A stretch of DNA of 64,000 nt from contig OX597817.1 of NCBI GenBank assembly GCA_951406725.2, positions 62,682,001 to 62,746,000 on the forward strand. The letters run 5' to 3'. The position numbers and the translations under genes are program-made. The notes under the pieces are model-generated. The model saw only the letters and a program-made list of their open reading frames with translations. It was not told the origin of the DNA and made no database searches. Origin of the DNA: Octopus vulgaris. Its lineage: Eukaryota. Below, one piece after another: positions 12,881 through 26,114 of the stretch (positions are counted from its first letter, which is position 1; every line of letters starts with the position of its first letter).

Positions 12881-13520
12881 GAAATGGAGTGTTTCAGTCA
12901 CATAATAAATATGGGTGTACAGGTGATTGTGATTGTGCGTGTGGAGGGGCGCGTGTACAGTGCACGGCTAAGTGACCCTGTACCTATGCATATGTTGCCA
13001 TAGGTTAAATTATTGAATTTGCAAGGTTACAGTTTCCTTTCAGTGTATGTTTCATATCAATACATCCCAGGGACAAATCTTACATAGGCTTGAATTACAG
13101 CTCATGCAGGTCTTCCTTTCCCAAGGACAATATATATCCAGCTGCGTCTCGACTTTTATGTATATAGAATGTTCTTTGTTTTCCACAGCGGAAAACAAAG
13201 ACCTTTGTTTAGAAAGAAGCCATAATATATTACAGACATTCATTCACGAAGAACATCCATGCCAATATTGTATGCATATACATATATCTATGTGAATATA
13301 TATATACACACATACACACACGCCCATACACGCACACACATGCACACACGTACACACATACACACATATATATATATACGCACACATAGATGTATATATG
13401 AATATGTACATGTGTATATATATATATATAAGCATAACAAATGCGCAACCGGTAAAAAGAACTTTCACCTAATTAAATTACTTAAATTACTTCAATTATT
13501 TGTCAGCATTTTCTTCATTT

Positions 13521-13560
<40 letters not shown>

Positions 13561-13589
13561 ATATATATATATATATCTGTATTTGTTTA

Positions 13590-13643
<54 letters not shown>

Positions 13644-14091
13644 AGAACTTTCACTATATATATCTGTATTTCTGTATATATATATTTCTGTGTGTGTGTG
13701 TGTATCTATATACATATTCATATACATATACAATGGCGGTGCCCCAGCATGGCCACAGCTCATGAGCTGAAACTGGAAAAATCAAAAATTAAATAAAAAA
13801 AACACACATACAGAGTATATAATAGATTTTCTATCAAATTTGATGACAACCTAGCAGGTACTATAGGAAAGAAAGAAAGAAAGAAAGCACAAGTTATTTT
13901 AAGTTGTCAATGCTAGTTCTTGCCTATAGGTTCAATCCCTCAGCGCGGCACGTTGGGCAAGAGCCTTCTTCTATAGTTTCTAGCCGATCTCGTGAGTGAA
14001 TTTGGTTGACGGAAACTGGGTGAAATCCCATTTTGTGAGGGTCTATCTATCTATCTATATATCTACATATAGATATATATATAAATATATC

Positions 14092-14129
<38 letters not shown>

Positions 14130-14924
14130 CATATGCGTGTGTGTCCTTTTATCTGTGTTGGTCTCCCATTACTGCTTGACAACCGGTACTAACCGACAAA
14201 TAAAAGAATGATGGACTACTTACCAGACATAAACATAAGTATTTGGAATGATCTGTTCGACTAAAACTCTTGAAAACGCAGCCATCATTATGACCACACT
14301 CAAATGACCCGAGCACGTAAAAGTTAAAAGTTTGAAGATATATACATACACGTTGTTTCGGACATATTACCTGATATATTTATACAGATTATAAAGTTAC
14401 ATATTTGAGAAGCTGTATGCGTTTGAATAGCCTTATACCTGAGATTTGGCATCAGCTCTTTCCTCTTGATTAAACGATTTCAGACATTTTCTCTAACTGA
14501 TATTGTTGGAATATACTGCGATCTTATACAATTAGATATAAACATTTCCATTAAATCTTTAAAATATAATTGCGGCCTATCTTAGGTATCAGGTAGTTTA
14601 CCCAGCTGACTATAATCGAACATTGACATACATACATACATACATACATACATACATACATACATACATACATACATACATACATACATGTTTAAGGAGT
14701 TCATGACAGTTAAGATGCTCAGAACATTTAAGGCCGGTTCTCTTACATGTTGCAAAAATAAATCTATGTAAATACAGCTTTTGGCTTGAAGCCAACGTTT
14801 TCATTCCGTATATATAGAATGTTCCTGGCAACGGAAACACCGACTAAATTATTCTATTTACATTTGAATTTAAATTCTACTTTCAGCTGTAACCATTCGC
14901 AAAAACACTTATTTATTCAATTAA

Positions 14925-15215
14925 ACCGCATCGTAACATTTCTATCACACTTACGCTCTCTATTAACATTTCAATCACTCCCACTCTGTCTGTAAACATA
15001 TCTATCTCACCAATGCTCTCTATTAACATTTCTGTCACACCCACCTATTCTCTCTATATTCTCTCTCTATCATTTCATTTTTACTCTCTATATATTCTCT
15101 CTCTATCATTTACACTATATCTATATTCTCTCTCTATCATGTTCACTCTCTCTATATTCTCTCTCTATCATTTACACTCTCTCTATATTCTCTCTCTATC
15201 ATTTACACCCTTTGT
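14925..15215. repeat. ~30-bp minisatellite grading into a polypyrimidine tract
   Basis: Repeated ctctctatattctctctctatcattt(a/t)ca units, with CT-rich sequence to ~15555. Confidence 0.85.
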
Positions 15216-18200
15216 ATATTCTCTGTATATTTCCTTTTTCCTTCTCTCATTTTCCTTTCTTCTTCCCTTTTGTCTTTATTTTTTCCTTCATTTTATTCTT
15301 TCTTTATCTTTTCTTTCTTCCTAGCTCTATTCTTTTCTTTTTCTTTCTTATCTGCTTTTTTCTTTCTTTCTTTCCCCTCTTCTCTCTTTCTTCTCTTTTC
15401 AATATTTCTTCCTTCGTTTCCCCTTAATTCTTTCTTTCTTCTGTCCTTTTTCTTTCTTAGACTTTTCTTTCTTTACTTCTTTTCTTGTTTTTCTTTTTCA
15501 TTAGTTTATTATTTTATTATTTTCCGCCTTTCTGTCTTCATTCCTTTCTTTCTTCATCTGATGTATGTCCGTTCGTCTGAACGCCTGTTGCCTGCATAAT
15601 AAAAAACGATACAGTGCACACCTGATTTTTATTTTATTTGTTTATTCGTAAACCTCTTAATGAACAAGGAAATAAAAAATAAAATGTCGACATAGTATTT
15701 AGTTATGTGTAGTTGTTGGCAGAATCCATAAAATGTCAGGCTCACAACTACAAAGACAGTTGTTGGTTACTTATTAAGCGCAATGTGCTGTGTTCATAAT
15801 TAGCGAAGACATTTCGGAATCAACATCTCAAACTGGAGATCCGTTATAGTTAAATGGATGCTAGCGTATTTGATGTAGTTAACCGAGGAATTTGTATTAA
15901 TTAAAATTAATTATGAAAATGGGTTGTTTTGATTTTAAAAAGTACATAATTTGGGGGTTCATAACAAGTTACGATCAAGAGCCAGGCAGCTTATATCCAA
16001 AAATTGTTGACACTTACGTCTGAAGACATTTTGAAAAGTTTTGTACAAAGCAATGAAGATTTAAGTCAATCACAATATTCTTCCATTTTTTTTTTGTCTC
16101 CTAACTACACCACTACTACTAACTACGCCACTACTACCCTATACATAAAATCAGTTGTTACGCAAATCCCGCAATGTTTTCTTCAGGGTCGGCATCGTAT
16201 GCATTGTGAGTCAGTGAACTTCATATGCTACATAGTCATTTAGCATTTCTTATGAACATGTCATATTCACAAATTCATAGAAACCTGGCAAACAGGTGCT
16301 TACGTGTTTCCAAATCCAGGAAGAATTTCAAAACAGGCTTTCAGGAATAAGGAAGGCGACAATACTAGAAGTAACTGGAATAGCAGTGTTTCAACAAGCA
16401 AAAGACTGGTCAAGAATGTCTTTCCAGTAACAGTATGAACATGAGGAAACAAGTTCCAACTTCTTGTTGTCGAATCTTGTAAGAACAGCAGAATAGACCG
16501 TTCACTTATACATAGAAAGTTTTTGGCTCATTCTCATTGATATCTGCTATTAATTTGTCAATACATATGTTATCTGTCAAAATAGACTTTTCCCTGGTCT
16601 CGGGAGATTAGGTTTCATTGTCATTGACATCTGTCATTAATATGTCAATACATAGTATCTCAGAAGTTTTGTTGACATAATAGAATACACTGTAGTTACA
16701 TACATCGAGGACATATATTCAAGGTTCTTGGCTATTTATACTCTTCAGCTAATAGATGAGGGCGGCAATATCATTTGAGTATCATTACATTTTTGGCAGG
16801 CTGACACCTTAGTTAGCAGAATATTGTTATTACTTCCTAAGAGATGTTCGTAACGCCAAACCCATACCTGCGACTGATTTTTTACAAGCATAATTTTTAT
16901 GTTCTCCAAATTTCTTTCAACTTGATTGAATCGTTCATCCTTCTCGCTCCACCCCTAAATATCCCCATCGACACTCAAATTCATTGGGATGACTAATTAC
17001 TTGCAACCGTATTTCATTAGTCAAAGTTAAAGCTGTCATTAGGTCTAGAGACATCGCTATTATGTTAGTTTAAATGCATCAAAGATGTAATGAATTAAAG
17101 GTACGAGTAATATTAAATCTAATTAGTTTTAACTATCGATTTTATCAAACCTGCAATAGATTTTAATTTCTCTCTTCTTAAATATCCATATAACCAAAGC
17201 TAAATGTCAAATAAATAAGTGTATTTATAAAAGACAGGTACCATTTTCTTCTCTTATTAATTTCAGACATTCATTTATGGCCATCGCTAGTCTCGATATA
17301 AGTACTATGTTAATAAAATGCAATTATTACTACTTTAACTATAGTATTAATGATTTAATATATTGAGCATATCCTTAACTTAAGCTACAAGGCTATAGAT
17401 GGCATAAACAATAAAAAGCACAAATATGCAGTGTAAGATATCTGGTTCGTGTTTCCCAACCGTGAATTCGTATCTTCAGAATGAATATTTTTCGTTCAAT
17501 AAAATGTTGAAAATTATATTTCTTTGGCTCATACCACACAGGGCGCATGAACATGATTGGTTGCCCTACACTTAATCTTGAGAAGTCAGCGCTGCGGAAA
17601 CAATCATTCGACAGTATAACCACAAGATGAAATTAACTCAGCCTATTTTAACCCATGATATGATTTAAATATCATTTACATGTATATATAATAATATGAT
17701 CTGTTGTCACTTTACTACTGATATATTGCAGGGTTAGTTTGGAGAGACCTGCACCCACTGTTCACATTTTAATTCATAATATCTCTTACTATAGTTTGTG
17801 CCAACTGACGTACGCAAATGTTAATAGTACACCAGGCATAATATTGTTATTAATCATAGTTTTTAAATAATGGTACCCACGTCATAGATATACATCATTG
17901 ACCACGATCCTGGATCATGAAGATCAGAAATATGCAAATAATAAATACAACTTCGATTGCACACATAACCCAGAGACAGAAATATATATGTTTAAAGCGA
18001 AAATGGCGGTGGGTGAAGTACGAAATAGAAAAGGAAAGAGAGGTGAGAGAGAGATAAAGAGAGAGAAAATAAATATTGTGTAACGCAACGAAAATTAGAA
18101 CATCCAAACGAATCAATATATATTTGTATTTCCGTGAGCGGTTACAGCCGAAACGAGAACTTATATCCAAATGCGTGGGAGATAAAAACAAAATTAGTCT

Positions 18201-18296
18201 GCGTTCGTGTTGCTAGGATCATTCTAACTCTGTGGAGTGGAATTATTGGCTCCAAACCAACAGCGTTATTTATGTTCTTTTAATGAGCCTGCTTTA

Positions 18297-18341
<45 letters not shown>

Positions 18342-18373
18342 TACATGCATACACACATATATATATGTATATG

Positions 18374-18413
<40 letters not shown>

Positions 18414-18427
18414 TTATATATGTATAT

Positions 18428-18520
<93 letters not shown>

Positions 18521-18541
18521 TGTGTGTGTATGTATGTATGC

Positions 18542-18573
<32 letters not shown>

Positions 18574-18607
18574 AATATACTTGTACATATATATGTATGT
18601 GTATGTA

Positions 18608-18643
<36 letters not shown>

Positions 18644-18949
18644 GTACATATGTATATATATATATATGTACATATATCTTTACAATATAAGGGCAAAAGA
18701 AAAATTCTAATGCCAAGTATACCGAAAAAAAGACAAAAATTGTCTATTAACCATTATAATTTATGCGTCTTGTAACAAACTGATAGCAATTTCTATCGGT
18801 TTTATAAACAATTATAAAGTTTTATAGTTTTGTAACCAACAGCTATGTAACAGTGTATGAATGAGTACAGTGAACGTTCAAGACAACCCGAAATTAAAAT
18901 TTTTAAGCGAAATAGATTCCTTTGACTAACTAAACAGAGCAATTATTTG

Positions 18950-19260
18950 AAACTTTAGGACTTTATTACAAAAATTTGGGTACTTAATCCTAATTACGCA
19001 TATAAACCAGGATACATAAAGCTTAGTACTTAATACATATTACATAAAACTGGATATTTAATCCAAATCACATCAAACCGGATATTTAATTCAATTCGCA
19101 TAAAATTGGGTACTTAATGCAAATTATAAGAATCTGGGTACATAATTCAACCTATCAAAAACTTCTGGGTGCTTAACTGAAATGGCAAGAATCTACGTAC
19201 TTAAGCAAATCATATAAAATTGGTTAATTAACCAAAATTACCAATAGCTGTCTACTTAAT
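18950..19260. repeat. Degenerate ~30-bp minisatellite
   Basis: About 10 units resembling aaaa(c/t)tgg(g/a)ta(c/t)ttaat..aaat. Confidence 0.75.
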
Positions 19261-19356
19261 ATAGATTAGTTAAAGCTGTTTAACGAAATATTTATTATGG
19301 TTTTCGTTTTGGGATTTGGTTTGCAAGATTCTTTATTTGAGTTCGTGTGTTGAAGC

Positions 19357-19522
19357 ATATTCTGTTGTGTCTGGGGAGAGTCATTTTCTTTTTGTGCTTT
19401 ATAATGTAACACACTCACCGGTAAAATTTCCACTTATTTCTTATTTTTAGTTTCCTACTGGTGAATGTGTTACATTATAAGACACAAAAAGAAAATGGCT
19501 CTCCCCAAACACAACAGGATAT
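19357..19522. repeat. Short inverted repeat (~66-bp arms)
   Basis: atattctgttgtgtctggggagag..caccggta versus tactggtg..ctctccccaaacacaacaggatat. Confidence 0.85.
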
Positions 19523-20605
19523 TATGGTTTTGTTAGAGGAGAAAGAGCGAACTTATGACTTTTATATAGAGCGTCCTAGATTTTTAGGAGAGCCAGAGGA
19601 AAATTTTAATTTCCTTGAGTGAAAAACACTTGCAAGAGAATGGAATCTTATAGAGGTACCCGAGTGTCATAAGTATAATTTTATAGATGTACCGAGTGTA
19701 AAACAACAAAAAAGATTTTGCACGACAGAAGCTGCACAGTTAATTTGATCGGCTTATTCAAAGTGTCCGACCACCAAAATTATACTTACAAAACTTTGGA
19801 TTAACCCTATGTTGGAGAACTGAACTCCAAATCATGTGATTAAGAAGTGAATTTCTAAACCACATGGTCATATTTGAATGCATTAACCCCAAACGTGTGA
19901 AGCACACGAAATAGATTTAGAAATTTCTAGCTACATATAAAGAATTTTGTACGATGAACGACAATTTCCCAGCACAACGAACGACATCTCATCTACTATA
20001 ATTTCTATATCAACATAACGTCCATAAGCTTTCATATAAAACACCAGTCTAAAGAGCAGCAATTCTAACCTACACTGTATTCTCACAACAATTCTAAAAC
20101 GGAATAAGGGTCATACAAGAAGAAAGTGTCAGACCAAAGTTAAATAAACTGCTGTGAAACATTAAGAAAAAAGCCAATATTACTTCAGAAAATAATGTGG
20201 TTCAGCCTCGATATAACAGTTTCCCACCAAGAATTGCAATGTGAGATATAAGAACCTGACACTAAATCTTCAGCCAAAGCTTATCTCTCTTTCTAGTTAG
20301 TGTATTTTATTTTATTTTATTCAGTCTTCGTTACAGTAGTGAGTAAATATTGGATTACTCACTGCACCTTGGTAAATTTAGCCAATCAATGTATTGGGAC
20401 TGGAGACTGGACAAAAAATTTGGTGACTCTGCATCTGTTTCATGGCATCCACAACTAAATAGAATACACGAACACATACAATTGGAGAAATCATCCAACC
20501 AGCCAACCAACATTTTTATGAACTATTATATACATATACATTCACACAAACACACACTCACATATGTATAGATATATATATATATGTGTGTGTGTGTGTA
20601 CGTAA

Positions 20606-20656
<51 letters not shown>

Positions 20657-20697
20657 TAAGAAAGTTGGTATGTGAAAGCACGTGGTTGAATATATAG

Positions 20698-21434
20698 AAA
20701 ATAGTAAAAAGTGAAAAAACTACAGAAGGCTTGTTTTAAAAGGTTAAAATATATATATTTGAGTCAATATGTCTGAAGAATGTTATAAATCTTTTTCTTC
20801 ATACAATGACATAGTATAGAAGAAATGACCGGTTTCGCGTTCAGCTTTTCAAATTTCTTAAAACGTTATGTTTACGTTGAGCGGTGATCTAGATAATAAG
20901 TGATTTCTTCCGGTATAAGGGAGATAATCCACGGGACTATCACTCAGACGTAGATGCACATTGCATCGACAACAGATTGCATTCCCAGAATACAGAATGA
21001 TACCCTTTAGTGAGCACATTGAGAAATGCGCAAAGCAACTACTACCACAATTTCTAATCTTTCCATTCTACCAATGTGCTATCGGAACACCAACACAAAT
21101 TAGACTAAACAAGGAAACATTCTTCCTTGAAAAATACAAGCCCAAACTTAACCATTCCAACATACTTATACAGAGAAACTCAATCCAAAAGAAAGGCAAA
21201 TAATTTTAAGCGATTATCTCCCTTACACCGGAAGGAATCACTTATTATCTAGATCACCGCTCAACGTAAACATAACGTTTTAAGAAATTTGAAAAGCTGA
21301 ACGCGAAACCGGTCATTTCTTCTATATTATGTCATTGTAGGAAAAAGATTTATAACATTCTTCAGACATATTGACTCAAATATATATTTTTTAACATTTT
21401 AAAACAAGCCTTCTGTAGTTTTTTCCCTTTTTAC

Positions 21435-21440
<6 letters not shown>
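20698..21440 (+). mobile_element. 5'-truncated Penelope-like element: inverted pLTR, GIY-YIG C-terminus, pLTR
   Basis: Inverted arms 20698-20929 and 21212-21440 enclose a GIY-YIG-type coding remnant. (TA)n tracts lie on both sides. Confidence 0.85.
20931..21203 (+). pseudogene. Penelope-type GIY-YIG endonuclease C-terminal fragment
   Basis: TGLSLRRRCTLHRQQI..FSEHIEKC..RLNKETFFLEKYKPKLN matches the TG.sL..R...H / E...I....P.LN pattern of PLE endonucleases. Confidence 0.8.
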
Positions 21441-21479
<39 letters not shown>

Positions 21480-21575
21480 TAATCCAAACAAGAAAGCACA
21501 AAAAAACACAACAATGCGAGGACGTGGAACAAATATAGTATCATTGGACGCTCAGGAAAGAAGAAAAGAAGGAGG

Positions 21576-21610
21576 GTTTAACGTTTCGAGCGGAGCTCTT
21601 CGTCGGAAAC
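21576..21610 (-). ncRNA. Ultra-minimal hammerhead variant
   Basis: Reverse complement: gttt CCGACGA a gagc tcc gctc GAAA cg TT aaac, with U4->C. Same repeat family as 51300-51460. Confidence 0.6.
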
Positions 21611-21754
21611 ATAGGAGAAGGAAAGATCCAGAGAAGGGAAGACAGAGGAAAAATAATTGCCAACGGTACACACGAGGTCACATTGGAGATAGAGAGAGAG
21701 AGTGTGTGTGTGTGTGTGTGTAAGAGAGAGACGCAGAGAAGTTGTGGAAACATG

Positions 21755-21884
<130 letters not shown>

Positions 21885-21897
21885 AATAATATATTTA

Positions 21898-22275
21898 TTT
21901 ACTTGTTTCAGTCATTTGACTGCGGCCATGCTGGTGCACCGCCTTTAATCGAGCAACTCGACCCCGGGACTTATTCTTTTTTGTAAGCCCAGTACTTATT
22001 CTATCAGTCTCTTTTGCCGAACCGCTAAGTGACGGGGACATAAACACACCAGCATCGGTTGTCAAACAATGCTAGGGGGACAAACACACAAACACATACA
22101 CATACATATATATACATATATACGACAGGCTTCTTTCAGTTTCCGTCTACCAGATCCACTCACAAGGCATTGGTCGGCCCGGGGCTATAGCAGAAGACAC
22201 TTGCCCAAGGTGCCACGCAGTGGACTGAACCTTGAACCATGTGGTCGGTAAGCACGCTACTTACCACACAGCCAC
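21898..22275 (-). mobile_element. SINE family B with internal microsatellite
   Basis: tttacttgtttcagtcatttgactgcggccatgctgg..ccacacagccac. Related copies at ~13920-14335(+), 27680-28045(+), 34567-34970, 40560-40740, 48460-48790, 54625-54790 and 58905-59050. Confidence 0.85.
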
Positions 22276-22290
22276 TCGTATATATATATA

Positions 22291-22712
22291 TATATGTACA
22301 TACCTACATATATATGTATATAAACATGCATATATGGGCACAGGACATTAAAAAAACGTTGAACACAATGAGAAACGAAAACTTAAAACGAAAACATAGA
22401 AATGAACTTTTTTCGAACAATGAAAAACAAACAGAGAAACGAGACATGCAACATAAAGAATATTCCCTTTCTTCAGTTGTCCCTGTTGCCTTCGAGACAC
22501 GGAGTAGAAGAAACAGGGACAACTGAAGAAGGATAATACTCTTTATGTTGTATGTCTCGTTTCTCTGTTTGTTTTTTTCATTGTTCGCAAAAAAGTTCGT
22601 TTCCATGTTTTTGTTTTTATGTTTTCGTTTCTCATTGTGTTCAACGTTTTCTTTTATTCCTGTACGCATATATGCACGTATATATACATATATATGTAGG
22701 TGTGTACATATA
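22291..22712. repeat. Long inverted repeat (arms ~22291-22487 and 22512-22712, 24-nt spacer)
   Basis: Arms are reverse complements with a few mismatches. A third single copy lies at ~32620-32810. Confidence 0.9.
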
Positions 22713-22963
22713 TGTATGTACCTATGCATATATCTATAAATTATTTATATTATTATATGATCGAACGCCACTCATCCTTTTCCAAGTAAGTTTTATCTAT
22801 CTATCTATCTCTATGTGTATATATATTTATATATATATATATGTATGTATATATATATATATATATAATCCAAAAATCGAAGAAAAAACTAACATGTTCC
22901 ATATATATAATCATATGAGTGTGTATGTGTGTATATATATACGCGTGTGTGTATACATGTATG

Positions 22964-23014
<51 letters not shown>

Positions 23015-23541
23015 CACATACACATATGCGTATGTATAGAGAGATAGGACAGAGGGAGAGGGGAGAGGGGAGATAGAGAAAGAGAGAGAAAGAGAAAGAT
23101 ACAAGATACCTGATGAACTCATCCTAGCGTGTCTTTTTTTAATAAACAGATTTTTCTGTCTCGCTTCGAATGATACATATAGAATCAAATGGTTCTTTCC
23201 TCGGCATCCAGAATACGAATGACATAAGCGCTTTCACCATTTTTTTGTATTTTACTTTTTTTTCAGGATTACTATTTGGTAAGATTAACTCTAGTCAAGT
23301 AGTAATGCAGTTGTTAACAAAACGAGACAAAATCATGAAAGTACTATACAGCATTTACGATGTAAAGTAAACTTATGAGTCTGTGTTTTTAACAATGAAT
23401 ACAACCATTTTGCCTCCCTCTAAATATTATAATCTGGGCGGCGAGATGGCAAAATCGTTAGCATGCCAGCAAAATTCCAAGCAACATTTCGACGTCCTTA
23501 CATCTGGGTTCAAATTCTGCCGAGATCGACTTCTATCGTTG

Positions 23542-23850
23542 AGGTGCAATGGCCCAGTGGTTAGGGCAGCGGACTCGCGGTCGGAGGATCGCGGTTTCGA
23601 TTCCCAGACCGGGCGTTGTGTGTGTTTATTAAGTGAAAACACCCAAAGCTCCACGATGCTCCGGCAGGGGGTGGTAACGACCTCTTGTATACTCTTTCGC
23701 CCCAACTTTCTCTCATTCTTTCTTCCTGTTTCTTGAGTAACGCTGTGATGGACTGGCGTTCCGTCCAGCTGGTGGGAACACATACACCACAGAAACCGGG
23801 AAACCGGGCTCATGAGCCTGGCTAGGCTTGAAAAGGGCGCATAAAAAAAA
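23542..23850 (+). mobile_element. tRNA-derived SINE family C nested inside a family A SINE
   Basis: tggcccagtggttagggcagcggactcgcg..ggtttcgattccc head with A/B boxes and an A-rich tail. Family A halves lie at 23438-23540 and 23855-23970. Confidence 0.75.
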
Positions 23851-24554
23851 TAAAATTTCCTTCCTTCGGGGTTGATAAAACAGGTACCAGTTTAACACTG
23901 GTGTCGGTGTAATCAACTTTGCCTCTTCCTTCAAAGTTGCTGACCTTGTGCCAAAATTTGAAATCAATATTAGTTATGGTAATCAAATCAAAAGAAATTC
24001 ACTCTCTCTGATCCGAAATATTCAAGTCCCTTGCAACTGCGTAATCAAATCACGGTTACTCATTGATGTTAATCAAATCATATCATGGTTACTGATTACA
24101 GAGAGAATAGTAGCTTACAGCTATTAATTAATTAAGTAGTTAATTAATGAATACGCTTTCTAAATTATTTCCATGTCACGTAAATTAGGGCTGCCCGTTT
24201 TTGTAGTACTAAAGTTTCTGTATAATGAAATAGAGGTAAAAGCTCGTATTGCCCCCCACCCCACAACGATTACCAAAAATAGTAAACGATCTCTGATGAA
24301 GCGCTGCGAAACAATGATGAACCTAGCATGAACTCCTTTATTTTTCTGGCCCCAAAAGGGAGACAGAAACGTATTGTAACAATGACATCTATTATTGTCA
24401 GCGAAACGGAAATTCTTTTGTTTAATCCGTTCGTTACATAGTACATCTCACTCTCTTTCTCTCTCACTCTCTCTCTTTCTTTCTCTCTCTCTCTCTTTTT
24501 CTCTCTCTCTCTTTTTCTCTCTCACCTCTGACACAACTAATATACACCCATATA

Positions 24555-24950
24555 AGGCGGCGAGCTGGCAGAAACGTTAGCGCGCCGGGCGAAATGCTTA
24601 GCGGTATTTCGTCTGCCGCTACGTTCTGAGTTCAAGTTCCATCGAGGTCGACTTTGCCTTTCATCCTTTCGGGGTCGATTAAATGAGTACCAGTTACGCA
24701 CTGGGATCGAAATAATCGACTTAATCTGTTTGTCTGTCCTTGTTTGCCCTCTCTGTGTTTAGCCCCTTGTGGGTAGTAAAGAAATAGGTATTTCGTTTGT
24801 CTTTATGTTCTGAGTTCAAATTCCGCCGAGGTCGACTTTGCTTTTCATCCACTCGGGGTCGATCAATTAAGCACCAATTGCATTCTGGGGTCGAACTAAT
24901 CGACCGACCCCATACCCCAAAATTTCGGGTCTTATACCTAGAGTAGAAAA
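24555..24950 (+). mobile_element. SINE family A with internal duplication
   Basis: Full head plus a duplicated core. Confidence 0.85.
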
Positions 24951-26114
24951 GAATATACACCCATATAAATTATATATATATATATATACATATATAAGTG
25001 AATTGAAGAAATGGAGTTGAACGAAGATTGAACAGAATTCCCTTTATTGCATTCTACACATGTTTCAAAAGCCACAATTTTCCAAATTCTAATTAAATAA
25101 GGATACCATATTGTGGCTTTCTCTTCAGGAAAAAAATAGGGATTCCGTTGGCAGAACAAAACTGAACAGAGGCGCAGCAAAGCAATTTGAACGAGGAGGC
25201 TCTTTAAGAGCCCATGGCTGAACTGATTATCAATGTACGTTGAAATCGGGTGGTGGGTGCGTTGAAGATATTTACAGGTCAGGCGGCGGTCAAATCCAGT
25301 AGGTGAGAGCAAGGGGTGTGGAGATGTTCTGTGTGACCAAAACTAAAATTCTGAATATTTTAAGAATACTGGGTGTAATTTTTGGGGGCGAGACAAAAAC
25401 TACCTAGAAGCATGTATGTGTGTACTGGCCTATGTGTGCGCGGCCGTATGTTGGTAAAAGGCGCTACATAATGGTCACTGCTGAAAAATTCGTCAGGCGG
25501 CAGAAAATATTTTTTGTGTCCGTGTGTTCGTCTAGGCCTGCTTGTCAAAAAATTAACGTCGTCAAAGAATCCTAAGGGTATATAAAATTCCTGCGTTTGC
25601 TTCCAAAACAAACCACCATTCGCCTAATGGGAGTAATTTCCCCTTGCAAGGGTTATTCATATATTTCTTAAAAAGCTTTTTCAAAAATTATTTCCAAGGA
25701 TTATTGGTGCTAATTATCTTAGGTATCATTTATAAGCAAGATAAGTATAACGCCGCCAATGGGGACATCGAAAAGCCGACTGTAAAAGTCCGTTTACCAA
25801 CCGGTCTCTGGCGAACAATATGTGGAAAAGCTCAGAGACACAAAGATTGCACTTCCTTCTGCCCCTATCAAATGGGAGGGCCACTGACAAAATCGACCAT
25901 TCCAGCCTGAAACCTGAGTTCGCGTTCTTCAAACCCCATATAAAATTCAATTATCCGCACCAACGCACGGTTGCAACACCAAATGGTTTTATCTCCAACC
26001 GTGCTTTCTTCTGCTGTGATTTTTGCTACCAAGGTATCGGTTAAACTTTTGATTAATCTGCAACAAGATTATTCATCTTTCTATTTTACCAAATATATAC
26101 ATATATATATATAT

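Noticed and set aside
13052-13243. Minus-strand ORF containing LDIYCP (ephrin-like) with possible splice sites
   Set aside because: Only a 6-aa resemblance, with no supporting neighbouring exons or other conserved ephrin residues.
16298-16520. Open minus-strand frame ending at a GTAAG donor-like site (similar exon-like hints near 52500-52670 and 60370-60630)
   Set aside because: No recognisable protein family, and no consistent multi-exon model could be built by eye.
18950-19260. Regularly spaced ~30-bp repeats as a CRISPR-like array
   Set aside because: Degenerate tandem minisatellite without unique spacers, in a eukaryotic context with no cas genes.
22488-22545. CTGAAGA-containing segments at 22522 and ~39820(-) as permuted (type II/III) hammerheads
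   Set aside because: The required GAAA, UH and stem pairings cannot all be satisfied.
23542-23615. tRNA-like sequence
   Set aside because: It is a SINE head with A/B boxes that continues into a SINE body and A-tail, with no complete cloverleaf acceptor stem.
24290-24322. CTGATGA agcgctgc GAAA caatg
   Set aside because: No UH cleavage site and only a 2-bp stem II, so likely chance.
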